The translations under genes and the position numbers were made by a program. Source: Caecitellus pseudoparvulus (lineage: Eukaryota; Protista; Bigyra: Bicosoecida). From it: 64,000 bases of DNA. A model generated the notes under the pieces. It was not told the origin of the DNA. It was given only the letters and a program-made list of their open reading frames with translations, and made no database searches. How positions within the stretch are numbered: the stretch's first letter is position 1; every line of letters begins with the position of its first letter. Location: contig CBFFRQ010000066.1 in the NCBI GenBank assembly GCA_965644315.1, positions 248,001 to 312,000 of the forward strand, given 5' to 3'. Shown in pieces: positions 45,389 through 56,600 of this stretch.

Positions 45389-46019
45389 ATGGCTGCGCGT
45401 CGTGGAATGCGGCAGTTGATGGAGGTCATTGATGATGCTGAGGTTCTGCAAGAGTGGATCGACAAGTCTGATGACCTGGTGGTCGGTACGTGCAGGGGGC
45501 GCAGCACGCATCGGGAGCCGACCTCACATCGACGAGTTCAATTTCCGCAACCCACCTTTGCAGTTGTGGACCTCTTCAAGGACTGGTGTGGATACTGCTC
45601 CGTCATGGAGCCGACATATAACACGCTTTTCCTTGATCTGGACAACTTTGAAGAGCGGGTCAAGCTCTTGGCTGTGCGTTCTGATGCAGCAGGGTCCATG
45701 TGGTCTCGGCTCTGCAACGCACTTCAACTTCGACCTGCCCCTGCTGCAGATTGACTCCAGCAAGCTGACAGAGGAGCAGCTGAAAATCATCCCGGTGAAT
45801 CCTGGCTGCAAGCCCAGCTTTGTCGTCTTCAAGGTGCGTGTGCCAGCACCCACCACGATGCACCTCGTGCTGAGCGAACCCACCTCCGTTGCACACGGTC
45901 GCACAACCTGACCCTCGCAGCACAAAGTCGCGATTGGAAAGGTGCAGGGTGCTAATGCTCCGGAAGTTGCCATGCTTGTGCGAGAGAATGTGTTCCCTGT
46001 GAAGCCCAAGGATGAGTAG
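45389..46019 (+). CDS. Thioredoxin-like protein (axonemal dynein light chain LC3/LC5 or NME8-type Trx domain)
   Basis: VVDLFKDWCGYCSVM..VKLLA|ID..GCKPSFVVFK|..VQGANAPEV; three introns. The CKP.F and GANAP motifs resemble flagellar thioredoxins. Confidence 0.8.
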
Positions 46020-46395
46020 AGCGCTCTCTGGCTTGTGGACGGCCCCGCAACTTGCCCCAAGGGTCGGAGCTTTGGGGAAAGAACGCTGCCCTGCGCTACC
46101 TTTGCGGTCTTTCCTTCAACGATGAGGCGGGACAGTGCCCCATTCTTCAGCGCTGTCAAACTTCGTGGCAGCGCCGCGCAGGCTACTCCATCAGGAAACG
46201 GTAGCTTCGCCGTGTTTGCTGGCTGCAAGAGGCACCCAACAATTCACTCCCTCCCCAGTCACTGCAGCCCAATTAAGCACGTTGCATGGGTTGCAGTGTT
46301 GCGTTCAGAACGCGCTGGCCAGGTGGCAAGTTTGGGAGCCTACGTGTAACTCCCGTGAAACTCCCAGGAAAACCCAACGAACCGCAACACTCGCA

Positions 46396-47400
46396 ATGGC
46401 GAGCGGAGAGACACCCCATGATCCCTACGCTGATGCGTATGAGACGTACCAGAGCAAGCCCAGTGGCACGGCGCAGATGACGTCCCCTGCCCCGCCCATG
46501 GCACAAGCGTACACATACTCGGACTTCACTCACAGCCATGCTGGAGCGGCGGCAGATCCCTACGCTGCGTACTCCATGGAGCGTGCACGTTCGCCCCCTC
46601 CCCAGCGATACACCTCGTCGGCGTCAACTGCAGCAGCAGCAGCAGCGCAAGGTGACGCCTTCTACACCCGGTACGGAGCGCCGCCTGCCGGCCGCAGTGG
46701 TGCAGCCTCCAGCCACGCAAGCGGCGGCCGTGCCGTCGTCATTCAGCCAGGCCGTGATCCCAGCACGGGCCTGGTGAAGGACTACAGGTCAAGCTTTCAC
46801 TCAGACTGTGCTGCCAAGGGTGTAGGCAACAGCCGCTTCAAGGTGGTGACAGAGAGCCTGGGCGTGCGGCACGGTAAGCCGCAGTTTTTGGCCCGCATTG
46901 TGGACCTGCAGCAGAACAACCGCATCGTGGGCAGGAGCCAGCCCACGCACCCGCGTGCGGATGCCATTCAGCTTGCGTACTGGAGTGCCCTGACGAACCC
47001 GGAGACGTTCCGGGGCGTGGGCCTCGCCAGCAAGCATGAGCTCAAATCGCATGCCATGGCCGGGCGAGATGTCCTTGGCCTAGTGCTCATGCGCCAGGTT
47101 CTGCTCAGTGCCAAGCTGAAGGTCCTGAAGCCAGAACACCTTGAGCAGCTGAAACGCCTGGTGGTGGGGCCTGCCGCCTTGCACCGCCTGCACGACAAGC
47201 TCGTGCCCGAGTGTGGCTGTGGCAGTGACAAGGGGCAGAGTGCGCGGGCGTTGTGCGTGCAGCGGTACATATGGCAGCTTTTTCTGGAACTTGACAGCAG
47301 CTTGGACAGGCTGCAAGAGAGCACGAGTGCATTGTGGACCCGCCTCGCTTCCCTGGCGCAGCCGATGCTGCTGGAGGTGGCCAACGAAGCGTCACTGTGA
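46396..47400 (+). CDS. Hypothetical protein: Tyr/Ala-rich N-terminus, putative dsRBD, degenerate RNase III-like domain
   Basis: Intronless 334-codon ORF. DYRSSFHSDCAAKG..RFKVVTESLGVRHGKPQFLARI..RADAIQLAYWSAL follows the dsRBD pattern. The following helical region follows RNase III spacing without the acidic catalytic residues. Domain calls are by eye. Confidence 0.6.
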   Translation: MASGETPHDPYADAYETYQSKPSGTAQMTSPAPPMAQAYTYSDFTHSHAGAAADPYAAYSMERARSPPPQRYTSSASTAAAAAAQGDAFYTRYGAPPAGRSGAASSHASGGRAVVIQPGRDPSTGLVKDYRSSFHSDCAAKGVGNSRFKVVTESLGVRHGKPQFLARIVDLQQNNRIVGRSQPTHPRADAIQLAYWSALTNPETFRGVGLASKHELKSHAMAGRDVLGLVLMRQVLLSAKLKVLKPEHLEQLKRLVVGPAALHRLHDKLVPECGCGSDKGQSARALCVQRYIWQLFLELDSSLDRLQESTSALWTRLASLAQPMLLEVANEASL

Positions 47401-50043
47401 GGCGGCAGCCGCAGCAGCAATGGCAGCTGCGCTGATCTTTGAGCCCAACACCTCCCCTGTGACAGGGTCGATGACCCGCTTGGGGGGGGGTAGCTCCACT
47501 CGCTGGTACGCATTCGGGGCTGGCGTGTCCTGCGCCGCAGGACCAGCCCTGGCCTCTCGCCCACAGCGTGGCACGAAGGCGGAGGACGGGTGCAAGGAAG
47601 AGGCGGGCATGAATCGCCCCACGCCTGGGGAATCTTGCCCTGGCTCTTGTAGCGCGTCCGAGTGGAACCGTCTCCGTTGCTGCTGCCGCGTCGAGGTGCC
47701 AGTGGACACAGCGGGGGCCGAGGCGCAGCCTGACAGTGCCTGGCGCCCAAAGCTCGATGGGGGCATGTAACTTGGTCCAGGAGACCCTGCATGTGGCTGT
47801 GTTTGTTTTCTTGGGCGGGAGGGCTCGCTCGGCTTGCCGCGGACGCCCCCCTCCAGCCTGCGTGGGCTTGAGTCAGGGAAAAAGGAAGGACCCGGGGACG
47901 CAGTGCCCAGAAGGTGGCTGTTGTGTAAGGGACTGCTACCTCGGTACAGGCGTGATTGCTGCTCGCGAGACGCCCGCTGCACCGTGGCGGGCCGGGACTC
48001 AAGCGCAGACCGACTGGCCATTTCCACAATGTGAGCTACCGGCCGCAAGGAGCAGTGCGAGCTCATGGCCCTGCCTTTGTAGAGAGTAGTTTGTGCTTGG
48101 GTGGCTTGTGGACTTGGTGTGCGAGAGTGCTCGTGTGGTGACAGGGGCTTTTCATGTTCTTCGAGGGGCATTCCTTCAACCGATTGTCCAGGCGAGACAC
48201 CTGGCAGCGGCGAAGCGCGCTCAGGTTCTGATTGGCGCTCACGTCCAGGAGCGCTCCGTGCACGTCGATGTTGCAGCAGCCCCATTCGCTTGGTTACCTC
48301 GGCTATGGTGTGCCTAAAACGATACGAGAGGGCACTGCGGCCTGCGGCCGGTGCTTTGCTCGACATAGGAGCCTGGGGGCTGGGGGGGCAGCCGTCGTGC
48401 CCCCATGTTGCAGACAGTGCGTCTTCCCAAGCATGTTGTGGCCAGCTGCTTAGGACAAAGTCGTCTCCGTCCAGCGTTTCGTCTTCGCTGCTCTGTGGCT
48501 GTGCTGCGAGGGCCAGTTTGTGGGCCAGCTCCACCTCCTCTGCCTTCTGCTCAGGAAGCAGGCTGTATGCGCCTGGTCCAGGGACGCTGTCAGAGTCCGA
48601 GAACTCTGAAAACAGTGGCCTCTTTGCCCTGCTCATGGAGAACGCGGGTGCACCGGCGCTGCCAATGCTGCTTTGAACACCGACGCCGTGCTGCCCAGGG
48701 CCAACGCCGTGTTCCTGTGGGAGAGGTGCGTGCTTTTGGAACTCTTTACTACTTCCAAAGCGCTCCTCCTTGCCGAAAGCACACGACGCAGACCGAGGGA
48801 GCACGTGGCGCTTCAGGTCTGGGCTCGAAGCCGCAGCACCTGCTGCGGCCCGCTGGCTGGCCTGCGCCTTCCTGCCCTGCCCAGCGCGACGCAGCCAGGC
48901 ATACTTGTGCCTGGGCTGCTCTGCTTGTGGTTGGCTTGTGTGCGCCAGCTCGTGCCTGTGTTCGGGCGTGTCCGCTGCCGCCGGCGCGCGGGACTTCGTT
49001 CTTTCAACAGCAGGCCTGCGTGAGGGCACCAACACTGGGGCAGTGATGGTGTCTGCTAGTGCGTAGAGTTTTCCTGGGCTGCAGCTGCCATCGGGTGCCG
49101 CCATCTTCCCCGTGTGCATGTGTTTCGCCGCCTCGCGGGTGGACTTGGCAAAGCTGCATGCTCTGGTTCGGTCGGCCGCAGTCTTTGGATGGGCGAAGCT
49201 TTTGAAGCCGGGGCCCTCCAACGGAACTTTATGTGAAAAACGAGCAGCACGAGTGAATGTCCCTGGGCAGGCACCCCTTGTCTTTACGGCACCTTGGATG
49301 CGCTTGCCTCTGCGAATACGGGGGGGGGTGTGCCGATCCAGGTGCTTCCGCAGCGTTGCAGCAGCGCCAGCTCACGTGCACAGCATCTGCCCGGGGCTGC
49401 CTTGTTGCGGGGCCAGAACTGGGGAAGGCGTTGATGACATCTCCAGGGCACGCCCGTGGTAGGCCTGTGGGGGGGGCACTAGCATTGTGTCCGCCTGCTC
49501 GGGACGGCTCCCGCACCACCTCACCTTTTGAGAAAAGGCCCAACGGTCACCCGTTCCGAGAGTTCCGGCACGAGATGTTGGGCGCATGGAGTTGTGCATC
49601 GTGTGCTGTATGGAGTATGCTGACGGTCCTGGGCTCTGCGTGCAAGGGCAGTGGAAGCAATGCAAACCTGCTACCCCTTGCTGGATTGACGCAAGGAAAC
49701 GCTACGTGTATGGAGCCTGCGCTGCAGGTTAGGCGGCGCCACGCACGACTGATCTTGGTTCGAAGATGCTTCGCCTTGTTGGTGAGGGGGGCTGTGTGGC
49801 CAGTCGCTTGCTTCGAGAGGCCTTTGCTTGGATGCTCTCCGTGTCCAGCGGTGAGTACTGAGATGGCCCTGGTGACGCAGAGCCTCGCGCGTAGAACCCC
49901 AGTAATTGCAGGCCATGATCACGATCGATGCGCCCAGCTGGTAAGAAGCTGTCCAAGTTCAGCTGTGAGCGCCCAGTTTGCAACTCTTGCTGCCGCGCCG
50001 AGTCTCGGGGATCACGAGCTCGCCGAAGCTTGTGTGAAGCCAT
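47392..50043 (-). CDS. SHIPPO/ODF3/STPG-like PGP-repeat ciliary protein (multi-exon; 5' exon limits approximate)
   Basis: Repeated SPGPSQY, SPGPSAY, VGPGQH, VPGPGAY, SPGPSF, SPGPSY, SPGVGRF and TPAPNAY motifs, several with an upstream FS/FG..R element. Confidence 0.75.
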
Positions 50044-50434
50044 GCCAGCAGCAAGCCACGATTTCACTAGCCAAGAGTCCTTACAGGCACTGGTTGTGTA
50101 TAAGGGGTGCACTTCGTGTTTGTAGGGGACTTGCAAGTGAACGTTTCGAACATGAATATATTGCCATAGGACATTTTCTTTTTTTTGCGCTCATCTCACC
50201 GTAGCTGCTGAAGCCCATCATGATTGGTGTTTGGATAGGATTTCGCTGTCATTCTCAGACACAATACACAAACAACACGCACATGTGCACGAAATGGCCA
50301 CCTTCCACATTTCTATCTTGAGCTGTAGGTTCTTGTGCTCACTGGGAGGACTCCAGGAGCGCCGCCTGGACGGTCGTGTCACCTGTGTCGTCTCCAGCTT
50401 GTCGCTTGGCGGAGGGCGGTGTCCGGTCTGAGGC

Positions 50435-53264
50435 ATGTCTCTGTTCGCAACGAAGGAGTGGTGGGCAGCTAGTGTATCTGCTGGTGAAGATGTGTGCCCA
50501 CGAAGCCTGGCGGTGGGGAATGTGGATAACGAGACAGGGGGAGGCTGTGAGTCTTGCTGGGCTGGCGTTACACCAGTGCACCAGGCCGCCGGCATGCTCG
50601 TCGTTTGTTGCGACTCTGTGCAGGCAAGATTGTCACGGGCAGCCTGCAGGGAATACTGAGAGTTTTTTACCCCAAAGAAGCAGAGTACAGCCCCGACGAC
50701 CTTCTCCTGGAGGAGCAATTAGGCGCGCCGATCCTGCAAGTGGCCATTGGGCGTTTCGTCTCGTGAGTGCCGGGCGACACCCAAAGTCATCTCTCCCGCC
50801 GGCACAACACGCGCTGGAGCTTTGCAGGGGTGTTGGATCGAATGCTTTGGCAGTGCTGCACCCGTCCATGGTGTCTGTCTACGAAGTGCAGGCAAGCGGA
50901 GGCAGTGAGGAGGCCATCACATCCTTCAAGCTGAAGCGGCTGTACTCCCACAAACTCGGCTTCGAAGGCAAGCACTTTTCAGCGCACAGCATGGCCACAG
51001 GCGGTTTTGGCGGCGCTCGTGGAGCGGATTTCATGGCCGTGCTGTCCATGGACGGGCAGGTGGAAGTGCTGGAGCAGGACAGGCCCGCATTCCTCCGGCA
51101 GCTGCCTGACATCCTCCTGCCTGGCGCTATTCTTTACGTGCCCAGCACTGACAGCCTCGTCACCACCACCAGCACGCACTGCGTTGTTTCGTACAAGTAC
51201 AGCACTCTTGCAGCGGCGGAGTCGTCACACCCCTCGGCGCTGGCGTCGTCAGCGGCGGCAGAAGCTGCCCGTGGTGGTGGCAGAGATGCTCGCCCATCTG
51301 GCTTGCCACCCACTTGGAGTGTCAGCATCGGCGCCCCCGTGCACGACCTGGCCATCGGCCGCATCTCTCGCAACCTTGCTGCCTCCCAGTGCGACATCAT
51401 CGCCATCACACCTCACACAGTGTTTGCAGTGCGAGAAGCAGGGCCCGGGGCGTCCCCGCAGACTCTGTCGCTTGGTCTGGGAGACGAGACTGGTGCAGGG
51501 CACGTGGCACCTTTCCGATTGCAGCGCCGCCTGGACTTCTACCCTGCATGCCTTGCTGTGTTGCCGCGGGGTGGCGGTGGGCTGGCAGCTGACAATCTGG
51601 CGCTGGCCTCGGCAACGGACCCGTCCCAGGTGCGCGTGTACAAGGAGGGCACCGTTGCCTGGGCGGCCAAGCTGCAGGGGGAGCCAATCGCGCTGACCAC
51701 CGGCACGTTTGGAGGCGTGCGTGGCTTGCTCGTGTCCATGGATGCTCGGGGAAGCGTGTCTCTGCAGTTCCTTGGCAGTGACCCACCTGGCGCGGGCCTG
51801 GCGAAGCTGGCGGGCGCTGGCAAGGATCTGGATTACGAAGCCATGGACGAAGAGCACCGCAGCCTGCTGGCCACGATTCGGGAGAGCCAGAGTGAGGTGC
51901 GTGCCCCTCCCAAGGACCGCGTGGTGCTGCGGGCCCGGGTGAACCCGACAGTTACCCTGCGCGGTGCGATGGGGGGCGCTGATCCGCCCACTGCAACGGC
52001 TGCCGTGGAGCTGCTGCTGTTTCATACGATCCCAGAGGACGCCCAGGACGTGCACGTGGCTCTGTCCCTGCCGCCGTGCCTGACGTCCCCCCACAGCTCA
52101 CTCCACCTACCCCGGGTGCCGGGCAGCACGTCCAGCAAGGCGGGCACAGAGCCTCTGGGTGTACAGCTGGAAGTGCAGTACACAGGCCGGGGCATGCCCG
52201 CCTCCCTGCAAGTGACGGCCGTTGCAACACACGTGACCGCCGGGGGCGAACCGCGGTCTGCGCAGACCACTTTCCAGCTGCCCATGGCGCTGGTGGCAGT
52301 GCCCGTGCTGCCTGTCAAGGAAGGCGCCTTCCGCATCATCCTGCAGCTGTCTTCCCCGCCACCTTTCATGCCTTCCCTGTGGGAGGACGTGCTGGCGCAG
52401 CCGCACGTGGAGGAGGACGTGCCCCAGGCGCTGGCGGCTGCACGCGGCGTGGTGGTGTCCCTGCGGTATCTCAACGGTGCAGATGTCACCGCGGTTGCCT
52501 CAAAGTCAGGCAATAGACTGCAGGTGTATTCGGGGTCCTTGGAGGCGCTGGGTCTATTCCTGCAGGAGCTCGTAGCTCGGCTTCGCAAGGCGGGCTCACA
52601 ACCTCCAGGCGTGGCGACAGCAAGCAGCGCCGCCAGGGACGCCCAGGGCTTTGAGACTATCACGTACGAAGCACCTTTGCCGCTTGCTGATGTCTTCTCG
52701 GCCATTGACACACACTTCGCCGCTCGGCTGGACCTGCGCCGCACCAGTTCCCAGCTGAACGACCGCGCGGCGCAGTTCCGAGTCATTCAAAAGCGCCTGC
52801 TTGCGCGGTTCAAAGACCGGAACCCCGCGCCGTTGAACCACATGGACACGCTGCTCGCCGAGACACACAGGGGGATTGTCGCTCTGGCAGATGCGTACGC
52901 CGCCGGTCAGGAAAAGGTGGTGCAGGCGGGCAACGTGCTCACCTGCGTGCTGCACTTGCTCCACCTGCTCATTTGCCTGAAGCTGGACCTCCCCGAGGAG
53001 GAAGCCGCCACGCTGGCAGCACACATGGCCCTTCGCGTGCACGATGGTGGCGATCCGGGCTCCTTGCATGCCCAAGCGCAGGGGTGGGAGGAGCGGGCGG
53101 ATGCGGGCGTTTCCCACCTGCTCCGCACAGCTCTGGCGAAGAACTCCAAGGAGGCCTCTGCTGTGATTGCGGGCCTGGACATGCCCCCTTCCACTGACAA
53201 GCTCAAACGCCACCTGGCTATTCTATGTGACAGGCTTAAGAAGGGCGCACTCGCAGCTCCCTGA
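50435..53264 (+). CDS. BBS9: BBSome subunit BBS9 (PTHB1)
   Basis: MSLFATKEWW..LAVGNVDN..KIVTGSLQGILRVFYP..LLLE..PILQVAIGRF; SMDG, LPG, WAAKL, FLGSDP, DYEAMDEEHRSL, QFRVIQKRLLARFKDRNPAPL, GWEE, KLKRHLAILCDRL. Confidence 0.96.
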
Positions 53265-53602
53265 GCTGCTGCTGCCGAGGACTTCGCCGACGCCCTGCGG
53301 CCTGGCAGTGACTGGCGATGGAGAGGCGCGAGGGCATCCTCCAGGAATGTGATGCTGGGAAGCTCGCTCAGGATGTGTCCGCCACGACTCCGGCAGTGAG
53401 CGGCATGCGCGGCACACGTGGGTATTGGTGGCTGAGGCGGTCAGGCACTTCCCTCCCAGGCGCAAAACACACCAGCGTCGCAGCATGCTGATCCATTTGA
53501 GAGCGCACAATGCACTGATCCCCCCTTGGCAGGCTTGCGCCACCTGTGCAGCGCCTGCAGGTGCTGCCTACCCTGCTGAGGGCTGCCGGAGGTTGCTGTG
53601 CC

Positions 53603-56600
53603 ATGGCTGTGCGGGCCGTGTCGCCAGGCCATGACGAGTGGACAGACTACTCTTCCGCATGCAGCATGGAGGAGGCCATGTCATTTGTTGAGCAGTGTCT
53701 GCGGCAGCTGGCACTGTCCGGGGCCGGGCCACGCGCCAAGTCCAGCACACTGGGCCAGCACCAAGTCGTTGCGACTCTCATGGCTCCCTCTGCTTCACAC
53801 CGTCGGGGGCTTGCGTGGGGCCGTGCTCTGTTCAGGGAGTGGCTTCCACCGCACAGCAAGTTGATCTTAATGGCACCCCGTTCCGAGGGCGTGGGGGCCC
53901 CCATTGCCTTGGCCACGGGCCTGGTGTCGGCCGCACGTGTGGCGCTGGCCAATGCCTCGGGTTCGATTTCCGCAGACGCCCCGGCCCTCGTGCTGGTCCC
54001 GCTGCTGGAGTCAGCGAGGCAGGGTATTCTCGGCGTGGGAAGACCCTCAGCTTCTATGCCAGGGCCAGGCGCAGTCCTGGAACTTGCCTCTGACAGTCGC
54101 AGTGGGGAGCGGTGGCTGGGCCGGGACGGCGCAGCTCCCTCTGGCACAGCTGTACACCAGTGGTTCCAGGCCAAGGTGAGAGGCGGCGCCCCACTGAGCA
54201 GCCGTGCCAAGCCAGACACCGGCGTTCTTTCTGCATCCTGGGCCATGCCGGCATACTCCCTGATGCACCAGGGTGCCCTCCGTGAGGGGGACGTGACAGG
54301 CCGAGCGGCAGCAGCGCTGCCAAGCACTCCGGCCTGGCAGCGCGAGGTGGCAGGCTGCACGCCATCATGGCAGTGTGCAGCGCTGTTGGCGAACCCTACT
54401 GCAGCGTGGGTAACACGGGAGTGGGGCCGCCTGGTCATGGCGGCAGAGGGGGAGGTGCCACACGTGTGGGGCAGCGTGCGGTGTCCCCTCGCGGCTCTTT
54501 CCTTGCACGCAGCGTGGCCAGCAACCTCTATGGGCACGGGGGAGGAGGAGGGCCATCCCCTGCACGGGTCTGGGAATGACATGCGCCCACTGCTGACTCC
54601 TTCCCTGCACAGCGCCGCAGCCCTCACGTTCACCGCCGTGTGGGCACCCGGCTCCAGCGTGCAGCGGGCAGCCGCAGGCGAACCACCTGCCGAGGGCGTC
54701 AGCGCTAGTGCGGCGGCCATCGAGGGGTCAGACGCAGGGGAAGTCTGGCAGCTACCTGAGATCGTGTGCATCCCCACCCCACTGCCCTCCCTTTCCCTGG
54801 CGCTGCCCAGCCAGACCGGGCACGTCACAGATGCCGCACAGGCGTACCTGTTGTCTTGCACAGTTACTGATGCAGAACGGGCTGTGGCTGTGTGCCCATC
54901 CCCGGCCACCGGGGACAGCCCATGGGGGGGCGTTTCTATGGTGGATGTGGCAGTGGCAGCAGAGGCTGAGCTGGCCCCCCAGGATCGCCGGGCATACGTC
55001 CAGGCACGGCAGCTGACTGGCGCCAGCGGCGGGAGCAGTGGTAACTTTGACACTCTCCAAGCAGTGGAGTCTGCACTGGAGCCAGGCGGCACGGGGTCGA
55101 CCCCCTCTGCCGTGCGCCTGAGCCGTGCGGTGGGCACAGCCCTCGGCAGTGTGGGGCGCACCCTGGCTGCTGCCGCGGCTGGCGCGGCCATGCTCCCCCC
55201 AGCTGTGCGGCTGCAACGCCTGGTGGATGAGGTGTTCTCTCCAGGCCGGGTGGGGCAGGGGCCGCTGGCTGGCGTGGGAGGGGGGGTGCAACAGGGTGCC
55301 ATGAGCCATGCGGCCATCCCCAAGACCGCCCCGCCTATGAGCCTCCTTGCACGAGTTGCTCTGGCCAGCGCTGCACTACCGGGCCTCTCTTCTGTTGCAG
55401 TACTGTGGCGCATGGTGGTTGGCGCACTGCGCGCTCACTGGGAAGCAGCGCAAGCTCTGCCGCACATGCCTGCTGGGCAGGCTGCAACGGGCGCGCTGCC
55501 CCCCCACCCTGACCCTACTTCCTGCCTTTTGCACCAAAAGCTGCAACTACTGCAGTTATGCATTCACCACCGAGCTGCTGCGCGCGCCAGCCATGACATG
55601 GCGGTGCCAGGTTCGCCTGTCGGCTCGCAGGGCGGGGATGGGCAGGCTGATGGCAGCGGGTGGGATACAGACTTGGACAGCAGCAGCTGCAGCACACAAG
55701 GCGGAGAGGAGGACAGTGGAGGCTGGGCAGATGGCGATGCAGGCGCCAGCGACTCGCCAGCCTGCACTGGGCAGGGCAAGGCTGGCGGAGGGCCAGCCCG
55801 CCATGGCAGCTTAGGCGCGATTCCTGGAATGTTCCTGTGCCAGGCGCCGTCCCTGCCCATGCACACCCCTGCCACGCTGCCCGATGCGGCGCAGTATCAG
55901 ACGGAAGACTGCCTGCTGCAGCAAGCCGCCATGCTGGCGCGGCTGGGCTCGGATGAGGGCGGGAGCAGGGTCCGGGCGCAGCTGCAGACGTCTGGTCTGC
56001 GCAGTGACATGTCAGCCTTCAAAGCAGCGAACCCGGGCGCCATCCTGGCGGACTTTGTTCGGTGGCACTCCCCCAAGGACTGGATCGGGGACACCTCCAC
56101 TCTCCCGCCCGGAACGCCAGCCCCTGATGCGGACGCCCCAGTGCCAAGCAGCATTTCTGCCCTGTGCACAGGTGGTTCGTTGTCTGAGCGCATGGCGCAA
56201 AGTGAGGCACATCCCTGGCACACAACGTGGGCTGACGCACCTGCGCAGGCAGCAACAGCACAGCCAGCACCTGTGGACATCACACGGGCCGCCGAGCAAG
56301 CCCTGCAGTACTGCGAGACTGTGCCGCCGCCAGACTTGGTGCTGCAGCTGGGTGTGGTGCAGGCCGCAGCGTCAGCCTGGTGCCTTGGGCAGGTGTGGGA
56401 AGGGCTCCAGCCGCCGGCTGACGAACCCAGCAGCCCTGCAGCAGAGGTCACTCGCACCATCATCCAGGGCATGCAACAAGCGCTGGAGGGCAGCATCCAA
56501 CGTGCTGCGGCGTCCGCTGGTGATGTGGCGCTGGCGACAGCGATGCACGGCGTAGATGGGATGGGGCCTGGCACGCAGGGCCCTGAGGCCTGCACGGCAG

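Noticed and set aside
4-53264. Ciliary gene cluster (TMEM231, Trx light chain, SHIPPO, BBS9)
   Set aside because: It indicates a flagellated host, but ciliary genes are numerous and these are interleaved with unrelated genes; no evidence of clustering beyond chance.
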